From Myxococcales bacterium (lineage in GTDB: Bacteria > Myxococcota_A > Polyangia > Polyangiales > Houyiibacteriaceae), in contig JAGQJE010000206.1 in NCBI GenBank assembly GCA_020430775.1, forward strand, positions 65,837 through 129,836: DNA of 64,000 nt. Reading direction: 5' to 3'. Shown piece after piece: positions 50,537 to 59,389 of this stretch (its first letter is position 1; each line of letters begins with the position of its first letter). Made by a program: the position numbers and the translations under genes. Below the pieces are notes generated by a model that did not search any database, was not told where the DNA came from, and was given only the letters and a program-made list of their open reading frames with translations.

Positions 50537-51768
50537 GTGACGACCGCTAGCTTGCCGAGGCGCAGCGTCGTCCACGCAAGGTACTCGTCCTCGTCGTCGT
50601 CCCGCTGACGCGTGCCCACCGCCAGCAGGCAGTGGCTCGCGTAGTCATCCGTCGGCCCGCTTGTAGGCGCTGCGATGGCGATCGGTTTGGTCCGCGTCGA
50701 GTCGCCGGGGACCGCGACGCGCGCCCACGTGAGCCCGTCTCGACTCTGCCAAAAACCGCGCGGCCCGCACGCGACGAAGACGCCGTTCCATCCGCAGACG
50801 GACTCGAGGTCATCGTCGACGACGGCGCCCGACTCCCAGGTCACCCCGTCATCGAGCGAGCGCATCACGATGCCGCCGCGACCCACGACGACCCAGGTGG
50901 CACCGATGCCCTCCAGGGTCGCGTGAGCGACTCCTGTCAGAGCCGATGTGGCGCTCGCTGTCTTTGACCAGGAGGCTGTATCGGCGGTGCGCCACACACC
51001 GTGGGTGTTGCCGCCGCCGACGGCGACCCAAGTGCCGCCGCCGACGGCGACCGCGAGCATGCCCGACATGCCAGTCGGGGCGAGACGCGACCAGGTCGAG
51101 CCCGCGTCAGTGCTCACCTGGACGACGCCAGTGGTAGGGTCGTTGCTGGCACAACCGACTGCGATGACGCGATCGTATTTGTCGGAAGCTATATTGTAGA
51201 GCCAGTCTGCGGAGCCGCCAGATGATGCCTGGTTGACGACGGTCCACGCGGTCGCGTCGCCGAGGCCGCCATTGGCGTACCAGATGTTTGCGGTCCGGCC
51301 CGTGATGATCCATCGGTCCGCCGACGCAACATAGTGGATCGCCTGGAACGGCTGCTGCACCAAGAACCGCTCGAACCACGCCTCTCCGTCGTAGGACGTC
51401 CAGTAGCGTCCGTCCTCGCCGACCGCCGCGAGCACGCCCGAGCCGACCGCGCAGCCAACGAGATCGAGCGGCGATGTGGGCTCTTGTGGGTCTTTGACCG
51501 ACACTACCGTCGATCGCCAGTTCGCCGCACACGCCTCGGTCAGCGCGCCCACAAGCGCCATCTGGAGCGACAGGAAATTGTATTTGCCGAGTGGCGCGCC
51601 GAAGCGCTCGCACAGGCGCGCGAGGTTCTCTTGGATGCCATCGGCCCAGTACGCCGACAGCACCGTTGCCGGTACCGCGATCGTGGGGTCGCCTTCGGTG
51701 AATCCATCCTTGCCGGCGCCGAATTTGTCAGCCGCAGCGGAGGGTGTGTCGGCGGAGAGGATGCGCAT
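50533..51768 (-). CDS. tail-fibre-like protein: conserved fibre N-terminus plus Asp-box (BNR) beta-propeller-like domain
   Basis: The N-terminus GDPTIAVPATVLSAYWADGIQENLARLCERFG is typical of P2/Mu-type fibre N-termini. Asp-box motifs: STDAGSTW, SLDDGVTW, SRDGLTW, SYDGEAW and TADTASW. Confidence 0.68.
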   Translation of the reverse strand: MRILSADTPSAAADKFGAGKDGFTEGDPTIAVPATVLSAYWADGIQENLARLCERFGAPLGKYNFLSLQMALVGALTEACAANWRSTVVSVKDPQEPTSPLDLVGCAVGSGVLAAVGEDGRYWTSYDGEAWFERFLVQQPFQAIHYVASADRWIITGRTANIWYANGGLGDATAWTVVNQASSGGSADWLYNIASDKYDRVIAVGCASNDPTTGVVQVSTDAGSTWSRLAPTGMSGMLAVAVGGGTWVAVGGGNTHGVWRTADTASWSKTASATSALTGVAHATLEGIGATWVVVGRGGIVMRSLDDGVTWESGAVVDDDLESVCGWNGVFVACGPRGFWQSRDGLTWARVAVPGDSTRTKPIAIAAPTSGPTDDYASHCLLAVGTRQRDDDEDEYLAWTTLRLGKLAVVT

Positions 51769-51771
51769 GCG

Positions 51772-52845
51772 TTAGCCCTCGGCGTAGTCGGTAAAGACGA
51801 CCCGGCTTGGGTCGAAGATCGGCAGGCCCCACACGCCCGGGTCTAGCGAGTCGAGCGAGGTGAACTTGTGGCGGTACTCGCCGACCGCTCCGCTCACTGC
51901 CTCGCGCAGGTGCGACTCGACGATGGGGGTCTCAAGGTCCGCCTCGCGCTCGAACAGCGCAGCGAGCTCGGCCTTCACGGCGTCCTGTACGGGCGTCGTG
52001 TTGGGGTCGAGCTTGATTGTCATCGAGGGCGACCAGCGCACTGGCCGCAGCACGAAAACGGCCCGCATGTCTGCGGGGCGCTCAAGATCGAGCGCGGTCT
52101 GCACGTCGGCGAGCAGCGCGTTGCTCGGGATCGGGTCCGGGGCGTTGTCGCTCACGACGGCGACCGCGACGGTGCCGACGCCCATGCGCTTTGGCCGCTC
52201 CCATGCCCGAGTCACGCCGGGTACCTCGAGCGCCCACGTGACGTAGTCTCCATCGCCGCCGCCGCGCGCAGGCGTCGCGATGGCGTGGCGCACCCGATGC
52301 ATGAACTGCGACGCCGTCTCGGCGACCGCGCCGCCAGAGAGCCCTGGGGCGAGCACGACGCCGGTTTCGTTGTTCAGTCCTGCCGGCGCGCTCGCAAGCC
52401 GCATCCGGACGCCCGGGTCGGCGTTGCCCGTTTCGGTTGCCTCGACCGCGGTCACCTGCAGGGTGACGCCGCCGCTGCTGGCGACTGCGTCCTCATCGAC
52501 GGTGTACCGGACGGCGTCCCCGCGCGTCAGGCTCGCGCCGGCGGGGACCACGGTGCCGTTCGTCGCGGCGAAGCGGACCTGCCCCGTCGAGTTGGTCGCG
52601 CTCTTCGGCGACAGCCCCCACACGGCGCCCCAGGGGATGAGCCACTGAAGCTCGGCCGTCATCGGGTTGCACTGCTCGAGGATCCACCCGAGGTAGCCCC
52701 ACAGGCCCGAGGTGAGCGCGGGGACGGCGCGAGAGAGGATGCCCTCGAGCGAGCGGCGCAAAAACGCCGAGCCGTCCGTGCGACCCTCGATATCGGCTGA
52801 AAAGCGCGCGATCAGCGCGGCGAGACTCGGGCGCTCGAAGCTCAC
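51772..52845 (-). CDS. baseplate J-like protein (Mu gp47 / P2 gpJ family)
   Basis: VSFERPSLAALIARFSADIEGR is a typical baseplate-J N-terminus. GTG 52845 overlaps the gp46 stop (GTGA) and is preferred over the ORF-track start 52860. Confidence 0.85.
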   Translation of the reverse strand: MSFERPSLAALIARFSADIEGRTDGSAFLRRSLEGILSRAVPALTSGLWGYLGWILEQCNPMTAELQWLIPWGAVWGLSPKSATNSTGQVRFAATNGTVVPAGASLTRGDAVRYTVDEDAVASSGGVTLQVTAVEATETGNADPGVRMRLASAPAGLNNETGVVLAPGLSGGAVAETASQFMHRVRHAIATPARGGGDGDYVTWALEVPGVTRAWERPKRMGVGTVAVAVVSDNAPDPIPSNALLADVQTALDLERPADMRAVFVLRPVRWSPSMTIKLDPNTTPVQDAVKAELAALFEREADLETPIVESHLREAVSGAVGEYRHKFTSLDSLDPGVWGLPIFDPSRVVFTDYAEG

Positions 52846-53285
52846 GCGGGCACGCTCCACGCCTCGATGAGGTCAGGGGGGACCCGTCCGGGCCGCTGCA
52901 CCTCGACGCTGAGGCCGATGCGGCCCTCGATGCTTGCGTCCACCGCGACGGCGACCGACTCCGCGACGCCGTCCGAGCCCATCCAGCCCTCGAGGGCGTC
53001 TTCGGCCATCTGTCGAGCGCGCTGGGGTGCGGCTTTGCGCGCGCGTCCTGGGACGAGGAGCCACAGGCGCGAGCCCCACACGTCGCCGTCGAGCGCGTAG
53101 CCGTCCAGGCACCACCCGCGTCGTGCAGCGCCGGGCGGGACTCGGTCCCCGTCGAGGGCCGGGGCGTCCGAATGCAGCGACAGGACGCACGCGGTGGTCA
53201 GCTCGCCGCCCTGGGCGATGACGCCGTTGTCATAGGCGAGGTCGCCTTCGCCGAGGTCGTTGTCCCACTCGATGCGCGCGCCCAT
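52842..53285 (-). CDS. Mu gp46-like baseplate protein (GP46 family)
   Basis: 147 aa. MGARIEWDNDLGEGDLAYDNGVIAQGGELTTACVLSLHSD fits the GP46 pattern. Located between the gp45-like and gp47-like genes. Confidence 0.78.
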   Translation of the reverse strand: MGARIEWDNDLGEGDLAYDNGVIAQGGELTTACVLSLHSDAPALDGDRVPPGAARRGWCLDGYALDGDVWGSRLWLLVPGRARKAAPQRARQMAEDALEGWMGSDGVAESVAVAVDASIEGRIGLSVEVQRPGRVPPDLIEAWSVPA

Positions 53286-53332
53286 CGTGGGTGTCGTCGT
53301 GTAACGCTCTAGGCTGAGTCGTCAACGTAGAG

Positions 53333-53719
53333 GTGCGCTGGTACACTCTCGCGATGCCGGTGAGGTTCGGTTGGGGAATGGTAGTCGCGATCGCTCTGCT
53401 GATGAGCCTCGTGGTTGCGGGATGGGCGTTCGGCGGTGCCCCGCTGAGGGCGGGCTGGTTCGCGACGGCGGGCGTGGTGCTCATCGTTCTTGGTCGCGAC
53501 GATGAATGGGTCCGGCGGCTCGGCACCCTGTACGCGATCGGCGGCACGATCTTTTGGACGGTCTTCTTCGATCGCGTCTACGGCATCGCGTGGTGGCTTA
53601 TGCTCCCGTGGACCGTCAGCATTGGCATCTGGGTATCCATCGCGTCGCTCCACGACGACCTGGCGGCGCCGACCGAGCAGGACGTAACGGCCTCTGACGT
53701 CGCCGTCGAGCTCAGGTGA
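53333..53719 (+). CDS. opposite-strand 4-TM membrane protein inserted in the baseplate operon (moron; function unknown)
   Basis: GTG 53333 or ATG 53354. Four hydrophobic helices: GMVVAIALLMSLVVAGWAF, WFATAGVVLIVLG, LGTLYAIGGTIFWTVFF and IAWWLMLPWTVSIGIWVSIASL. Visibly lower GC than flanking phage genes. Its 3' end overlaps the gp45-like gene by 8 nt. Confidence 0.6.
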   Translation: MRWYTLAMPVRFGWGMVVAIALLMSLVVAGWAFGGAPLRAGWFATAGVVLIVLGRDDEWVRRLGTLYAIGGTIFWTVFFDRVYGIAWWLMLPWTVSIGIWVSIASLHDDLAAPTEQDVTASDVAVELR

Positions 53720-54227
53720 GCTTCACCTTCGAGGCGCGCGTCTGCCCGGCCGTGTAGGGCGTGACGAACTCGCCCTGTCCTGCGTAGCTCTCGAAGGTGG
53801 TCTGAATCTTCTTCAGCTCGCGCTGGAGGTAGTCGTCGCGCACCGCTTCGCTTGATCCGTGCTGTGCGCCCACGTGCGTCACGCCGTCGCCGTCGACGTA
53901 GACGAACCACGCGCCATCTGCGGTGTACAGGCCGCCCTGACACGGGCCGCCTGGCTTGTGCCTCGGCAGGTGGTCCGGGTGCTGCGCGGCGAGCACGTAG
54001 GTGTTGACGCGGAGGCCGCCGACCGCGAACGCCAGCACCTCCGAGCCTTCGGGCGGCTCGAAGTACAAGCCGAACGGCTGCATGTAGGGCGCGTCGTCAT
54101 CATCCTCGCCCTCGCGGATGTAGATCTCGCACCGGGCACTCTTCGCGAAGTGCCGGACCTTGCGGAGCGTCGCGAGCGCGACCATCGCGTCGAGACGCGC
54201 TCTGATGCGGCTGAGTGCGCCCATCAT
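53712..54227 (-). CDS. Mu gp45-like baseplate assembly/spike protein (P2 gpV family)
   Basis: 171 aa. The MMGALSRIRARLDAMVALATLRKV...YMQPFGLYFEPPEGSEVL pattern and its position after the gpP-like gene. ATGA overlap. Confidence 0.78.
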   Translation of the reverse strand: MMGALSRIRARLDAMVALATLRKVRHFAKSARCEIYIREGEDDDDAPYMQPFGLYFEPPEGSEVLAFAVGGLRVNTYVLAAQHPDHLPRHKPGGPCQGGLYTADGAWFVYVDGDGVTHVGAQHGSSEAVRDDYLQRELKKIQTTFESYAGQGEFVTPYTAGQTRASKVKLT

Positions 54228-55243
54228 CGCCTCCGCGCGGGGTAGCGGCCGACGTCGAAGGACTCGGGCCGGGTTAGCTCGAGCGTGACCGAGCGCTCCT
54301 TGCCGTCGGCGTGGTAGGCCGCTGAGACCACGAGCAGCTCCGCGTCGATGCGGGCGCGAGGGTGCGCGACGCGCGCGAGCATGTTCGGGCGCCAGAGGCT
54401 GCCTTCTGCGGTGCGCCAGCTCCCGAGCGTCACGCGCACTCGCTCAGAGCGCCCCGCGCGCCGGTTCTTCTCGAGCTCGGCGCGGCGCTTGAGCGAGACG
54501 TGCTCGCCGGACGAGTGCACGATCAGCGGCCGATGCCGACGCACGCCTTCGTCGCGCGAGACGTAGTGCACGTGGGTCGCGTGCTTGCCGTGCTGCGCAT
54601 CGGTGGATCGCACCTGTCCGCGTACGTGGTACTCGCTCATGCGCCTGGCGTAGTCGACGGTGGACTCAAAGCGCGAGACCCCAGCGCCGGGACGAATGAC
54701 GGTGCCCGTGCGGTCGGCGCCGGCGCGCGAGAACACGAGCGTGTCGCCACGCAGGTAGGCGAGCAGGCCTCGAAGACGCGCCGCTCGGGCGAGGGCATCC
54801 CCGGGCGCCTCGCCTGGCTGCACCGCGAAGCGCGGAAAACGCGCGCCACCGTCTCCGTGCAGCTCGACCGGCACGCCGAAGGGGTCACACAGCGCGCGCG
54901 CCAGGGCATCGACGGCGATCTGCTGCCAGCGGCCCGGCCGCAGCATCGAGGAGCAGTCGACGAGCGCAGAGGTGAGCCCTCGGCCCTCGGCCGTCTCGGT
55001 CCAGCCGCGATCGTCCTGGGCGTACGTCGTCCGGTCGACGTCGCCCGTGAGCAGCTCCTCGCCGCCGAGGCGTACGGTGACCCGGTCCTCGACTTCGATC
55101 GGGCCTTGCGGGTCGCCGCTGCGGTCCGCGGCGTACTGGATGGACCACGACGGGGCGAGCGTCTCGAGCGAGAGCCGCACCTCGGCGGACTCGATCGCTC
55201 GATAGACCTCGCCGCCACGCAGGATCTCGACCGACTCACTCAC
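54224..55243 (-). CDS. Mu gpP-like tail/baseplate hub protein (late control gpD family)
   Basis: 339 aa. GTG 55243 overlaps the gpN-like gene by 8 nt. Position and length match Mu gp44 (gpP). Confidence 0.8.
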   Translation of the reverse strand: MSESVEILRGGEVYRAIESAEVRLSLETLAPSWSIQYAADRSGDPQGPIEVEDRVTVRLGGEELLTGDVDRTTYAQDDRGWTETAEGRGLTSALVDCSSMLRPGRWQQIAVDALARALCDPFGVPVELHGDGGARFPRFAVQPGEAPGDALARAARLRGLLAYLRGDTLVFSRAGADRTGTVIRPGAGVSRFESTVDYARRMSEYHVRGQVRSTDAQHGKHATHVHYVSRDEGVRRHRPLIVHSSGEHVSLKRRAELEKNRRAGRSERVRVTLGSWRTAEGSLWRPNMLARVAHPRARIDAELLVVSAAYHADGKERSVTLELTRPESFDVGRYPARRR

Positions 55244-56540
55244 GCAGGGCCTCGAGCACGGTCCCGGCCCGCACGAAGAGCGGGTGCTGGATGCGGTTGC
55301 GGGCGACGAGCTCGTCCCCGCGTCGTGGGTCGCCGTACAGCTCGTACGCGATGACGAGCGCCGGGGCGTCGACCGGGACGGTGTATTGGGTGAGCTCGGG
55401 CAGTGTCGCTGCGACCGAGAGCAGGTGGCGGGTCACGCTCAAGCGCAGGTCCGCGATGACCTCAAGCTCCGCGTCGGTCGCCTCGAGGACGTAGGCGTCG
55501 AGCGCGTTGATGAGGCGGGTGAGCGCGTCGATCGCGGCATTGCGAGAATCAAACGGCAGGTCGAGCGTCGCTTGGCCCAGCGCCGCGATGGCCGAGCCTC
55601 GCACCAGGTGGTGCAGCGCCGTCCGTCGCGCGGCCTCGCGCTGTCCGTAGGTCGTGCTCGTGTCAATCGCCGGGGCGTCGTGGCCGAGGTCGGCCAGTCG
55701 AAAGCCGGCCTCGAGCACCGCACGCGCGCGCCCCGCCTGCCTCCATGGCTCCGCAGGCGTCGAGCGAATCGGTCGGCCGCTGAGCGGGTCGTGCGTCGGC
55801 TCGCCGGTCCCGTACGCGCCGAGGATGAGGCGGATCGCGGTCTGCACCTCGGTCGCGAACCTCGACGGCTCCGAGAGCAGAGACGGCGCGAAGCGGGCAA
55901 GGCGCCGCACCTCCGAGCTCGCGCCGACTGCGGTACCGAGCGCCGCGCCGACGGTCGCGTGCGCGTCTGCGATGGCTGCGCCCGCTTCGTCGGCCGCGGC
56001 GCTGAGCGAGGCGATGGCGCCGAGTACGCCGAGGGTCACGCCGTCGGTCATCCGGGCGCTGGCCTCGGCGCGGGCGACGTCGAGCATGGCGGTAGCGGCC
56101 GCAGCGAGGCGCTCGCGCGGCGCGGGGCCCACCATGTCCCGCTGGAGCCGCTGCGCTGCGTCGACGCACGAAAAGCGCACCTGCGCCATGCCGCCGGCGT
56201 CGGTCGACTCGTGCACGACGTGTGGGCTCGAGATGGTGACGAGGCGCTCGCCGTAAAACGGGTGTACGAGCTTGCCGGGGCCGCCCTCGCTGAGCGCCGA
56301 GAGCAGCGCGTCGCGCTCGAGGTCGTAGTCGAGGCCGATGACGAAGGCGTCGATCTGCCACACGTCCGACTCGCGGCCCGAGTCCTGCACGTCCACCTGC
56401 GGCTCGTCGATGAAGTGCTGCACCTGCAGTCGGCGGCCGCCGGTCAGCTCGGACGTCTGCACGTGGAACGGGACGCCCCGAAACGAGGCGTTGGCCTCGG
56501 CGAGCGCCCGGTCGGGCTGCACGCGGTCTTCCCAGGGCAT
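55236..56540 (-). CDS. Mu gpN-like DNA circulation family protein
   Basis: Internal ATG 56540. MPWEDRVQPDRALAEANASFRGVPFHVQTSELTGGRRLQVQHFIDEPQVDVQDSGRE matches the DNA_circ_N pattern. Located just after the tape measure gene. Confidence 0.82.
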   Translation of the reverse strand: MPWEDRVQPDRALAEANASFRGVPFHVQTSELTGGRRLQVQHFIDEPQVDVQDSGRESDVWQIDAFVIGLDYDLERDALLSALSEGGPGKLVHPFYGERLVTISSPHVVHESTDAGGMAQVRFSCVDAAQRLQRDMVGPAPRERLAAAATAMLDVARAEASARMTDGVTLGVLGAIASLSAAADEAGAAIADAHATVGAALGTAVGASSEVRRLARFAPSLLSEPSRFATEVQTAIRLILGAYGTGEPTHDPLSGRPIRSTPAEPWRQAGRARAVLEAGFRLADLGHDAPAIDTSTTYGQREAARRTALHHLVRGSAIAALGQATLDLPFDSRNAAIDALTRLINALDAYVLEATDAELEVIADLRLSVTRHLLSVAATLPELTQYTVPVDAPALVIAYELYGDPRRGDELVARNRIQHPLFVRAGTVLEALRE

Positions 56541-56541
56541 C

Positions 56542-58776
56542 TCAGGGCTCCTCGAGCGTCTCAAAGCCGAGCGGGGCGCGGGGACGTAGCCTGTCGAGCG
56601 CTGCGGTGATGCGGCGGGTGTCCCGCTCCCCGGACTCTCGGCTCGCCCGCAGCTCGCGGGTGAGTGCATCGGTCTGCGCGCGGGTCGCGTCGTCGAGGGC
56701 GGACGGGAGCGCGGCGAGTTTTTGGGCCGTGGCCTCGGCCTGCGGGCTCGGCGCGGACCTCGCGAGCAGCGCGGGCACGCCGGGGATCGGCGAACGCTCG
56801 ATCGCGGCTGCCTCGGCGGCCTTGCGCCGGTTCGCTTGCACGCGGGCGACGATGGCGGCCGCCTCGTCCACGCTGGGAGTCGAGCGATCTTCGTCGGCGC
56901 CGTGGATGAGGTCGTACGCGTGCGTGCCGATCCATTCGCCGCCCTTGTCGGCGCCGAACGCTTTGGCGCCGTAATAACCGCCGAGGCCGGCGACGGCCGC
57001 GCCGCCGATCAATGAACCAACCGTCGCGCCGCTTGCCGCCGCGACGCTTGCGCCGAGTGCGCCTCGGACGGCACCCGCGCCAGCGCCGAGGGCTCCGCGC
57101 GCTGCGCCTGCCCCTCGCGCGAGCAGACCACCACCCGCCGCTGCGCCTTCGCCGAGTCCCCCGGCGCGAGCCGCGAGCCGCATACCGACCAGAGCGGCGA
57201 CGCCAGTGGAGAGCGTGGAGATCAGCGGCGAGAGCGAGTCGATCGCGAGCGTGAGCTTCGGGAACTCGTTTTCGAGCGCGGCCATCTTGGTCGCGAGTGA
57301 GGCGATCGCGCCGACGATCTCCTTGTTCGAGCGGATCAGCTCCGCCTCGCGCTTGGCGTTCGCGGCATCGATCTTGCCGAACACTGAGTTGTCGAAGGCG
57401 TCGAGAACCTTGTCGATGCTCTCGCGGCCGCCGCTCGCGGTGGCAGTCGCGACCCGCTGCTTGAGCGTGAGGGCGCCCTTCTGTCCGGCGGCCGCCGCGC
57501 GGTCCTGGTTCACGAGCGCGCCGAGAGCGCTCGTGGCCTCTTGGCTCCCGAGCGCCGCGTTGATCTTGGTGAGGTTGAGCGTGTCGCCGAGCGCTGCGAG
57601 CTGGGAGACGATCTCGGGGAGCGCCCGCAGGTTGCCCTTGTCGTCTGTGACGTACACGCCCTGCTTTTCAAGCCGCTCCTGCACCGGCTTGGTCGCGAGC
57701 GTGTTGAGCAGCGCCTCGAGGCGCGTTTGGGCCTGCTCTGGAGACGTGAACGTCTTCGCGATCGCGTTGGCGACCGCGCCCACTTCCTTCGCCGCGCTCT
57801 CGCCACCTGCGCCGCGCGCGAGCGCGAAGGTGCCGAAGCTCTTCGCGAACGTTCCGGCGAAGTCCTCGAGCGTGATCGAGCCGTCGAGGCCGGCTTTAAC
57901 AAGCGCCGCGATGGCGTTCTTCGCCTCGTCTGCGTTCAGGTGGAGCTGTCCCTGAAGCTGGGCGGCCGCTGAGGCCACGTCACCGATCTGCGCGCCCGTG
58001 GCGCGTGAGACCTTCGCGAAGAACTCGAGGCTGTCGAGGTAGTCCTTCATCGCCTGCGGGCTCTTGGCGTCGGCGAGCTGAGAGAACTTCTCTTGGGTGA
58101 GGCTCACCGCCTTGAGCAGGCCGAGCGTGCTCGTCTTGGTTCGCTCGCCGATGTCCGCGAGGGCCTTTTGCATCTCGGCGGTCTGCTTCTCGGTAAGCCC
58201 CGCTTGCGTCGACGAGCGGAGGAACTCGCGCCCGGTCCGCATGAAGTCCTGCAGGACCTCAGACTGCGTGCGAATACCGACGGTGCGTTCTGCGCCTCGG
58301 CCGACCGCGACAGCAGCCGCGCCGACCGCTGCGCCTGCACCCAACACAGCGCCGCCGACGGCGCGTCGGCGAGCCTTCTTGGCGTTGCGCTCGCGCGTGC
58401 GCTCCGTCTTCTCCTCTTCGCGCGCGGTCTCGCGGATCTCGGAGCGCTTGCCGCGCTCGGTACGGCGGAAGAGCTGGAGCGTGCGGCGAAGCACCGAGGC
58501 CTTGCGCCGCGCCGTCTCCGCGCTCGCGCGCTCAGCCACTCGCTCGGTCTTTTGGGCCGCGGCTTGTGCGCCGCGTTCGCCGCGCTTGCGGGTCGCTGCG
58601 GTCTTTTTGGCCGCGCTCTGGCGCTTGCGCTCACCGCGTTCGGCCGCAGTGGCTTTTTCGGCCTCGTTCTTCGCCTCTTCGACGGCCGTGCGCTTGCTGT
58701 CCCGCGCGATGCCCTTGAGGGCTCGCTCCACGGCTTTGACGCCGGTGATCCGCAGCGCGAGCTCTAGGCTACCCAT
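56542..58776 (-). CDS. tail tape measure protein
   Basis: 744 aa, highly helical and Ala/Lys/Glu-rich, with a Gly/Ala-rich hydrophobic segment near the C-terminus. Positioned after the frameshifted chaperone. Confidence 0.9.
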   Translation of the reverse strand: MGSLELALRITGVKAVERALKGIARDSKRTAVEEAKNEAEKATAAERGERKRQSAAKKTAATRKRGERGAQAAAQKTERVAERASAETARRKASVLRRTLQLFRRTERGKRSEIRETAREEEKTERTRERNAKKARRRAVGGAVLGAGAAVGAAAVAVGRGAERTVGIRTQSEVLQDFMRTGREFLRSSTQAGLTEKQTAEMQKALADIGERTKTSTLGLLKAVSLTQEKFSQLADAKSPQAMKDYLDSLEFFAKVSRATGAQIGDVASAAAQLQGQLHLNADEAKNAIAALVKAGLDGSITLEDFAGTFAKSFGTFALARGAGGESAAKEVGAVANAIAKTFTSPEQAQTRLEALLNTLATKPVQERLEKQGVYVTDDKGNLRALPEIVSQLAALGDTLNLTKINAALGSQEATSALGALVNQDRAAAAGQKGALTLKQRVATATASGGRESIDKVLDAFDNSVFGKIDAANAKREAELIRSNKEIVGAIASLATKMAALENEFPKLTLAIDSLSPLISTLSTGVAALVGMRLAARAGGLGEGAAAGGGLLARGAGAARGALGAGAGAVRGALGASVAAASGATVGSLIGGAAVAGLGGYYGAKAFGADKGGEWIGTHAYDLIHGADEDRSTPSVDEAAAIVARVQANRRKAAEAAAIERSPIPGVPALLARSAPSPQAEATAQKLAALPSALDDATRAQTDALTRELRASRESGERDTRRITAALDRLRPRAPLGFETLEEP

Positions 58777-59376
58777 GGGCGCGGTCTGCGAGATGTAGCT
58801 CGATGAAGTAGAGCACCTGCCAGTCCGTCAGCTCGCGAGCCGGAGCGCCAAAGAACGCACTAAGGCCCGCAGCGTATCGGGCGCGAACTGGGTCAAGATG
58901 ACCCGAGCCTCCGGCTCTTTTTTTAACGTCTCTGCGAGCTCCCGGGCGTCGGACTCGCTGAGCGAGACGCGCGGGTCCACGCAGTCTTGCCAATCGAGGT
59001 ACGCCTCGTACAGACGCTGCAGCGTGAGCGTGTCCAGGCGGCGCACCTGCGCCGGCGTGTCGAAGAACTTCGCCGGGTCCGCCGCGTCACTCTCGGGATC
59101 GACGCACGCGCGAAACACGATCGCACGCTGGTGCTCGCGGTCGAGCATCTCCGGGTCGGCCTCGATGAAACGCTCGAGCTCGAAGCGGCGGGCCTTGCAC
59201 AGTCGCCGCAGGTAGTCGGCGCTGTCGAGCCGCGCCTCGTCGACCTCGGACTCGGTGAGGATGCGCAGGCCGATCTCGAGCTCGGGGTCGTCTTCGGCGC
59301 CGGGAAACGGCACGCGCCCGATCGCCCGGCGCCCGGCGAGGATCGCTCCGATGCGCGCGTCGCCGAACTTCGCCAT
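58769..59376 (-). CDS. tail assembly chaperone, long form by programmed -1 frameshift (G/GT-like)
   Basis: Slipping -1 at A AAA AAA (58924-58918) joins 153 residues of the 0 frame to 49 residues of ORF 58769-58993 (RAGGSGHLDPVRARYAAGL...HLADRAHG). The product is 202 aa and ends 8 nt inside the tape measure gene. Confidence 0.6.
58828..59376 (-). CDS. tail assembly chaperone, short (unshifted) form
   Basis: 182 aa. Located between the tube and tape measure genes. Contains an A7 slippery run near its 3' end. Confidence 0.7.
   Translation of the reverse strand: MAKFGDARIGAILAGRRAIGRVPFPGAEDDPELEIGLRILTESEVDEARLDSADYLRRLCKARRFELERFIEADPEMLDREHQRAIVFRACVDPESDAADPAKFFDTPAQVRRLDTLTLQRLYEAYLDWQDCVDPRVSLSESDARELAETLKKEPEARVILTQFAPDTLRALVRSLALRLAS
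58918..58924 (-). promoter_or_regulatory. heptanucleotide slippery site A_AAA_AAA for -1 ribosomal frameshifting
   Basis: Plus strand T7. In the chaperone frame the codons are TTA AAA AAA GAG. Confidence 0.6.
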
Positions 59377-59389
59377 ACGGGCCTCCGGC

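Noticed and set aside
49145-51768. Diversity-generating retroelement acting on the fibre genes
   Set aside because: I looked for a reverse transcriptase (YxDD motif) and for a template repeat matching the 3' ends of the fibre or gp48 genes and saw neither. The downstream genes are small membrane proteins.
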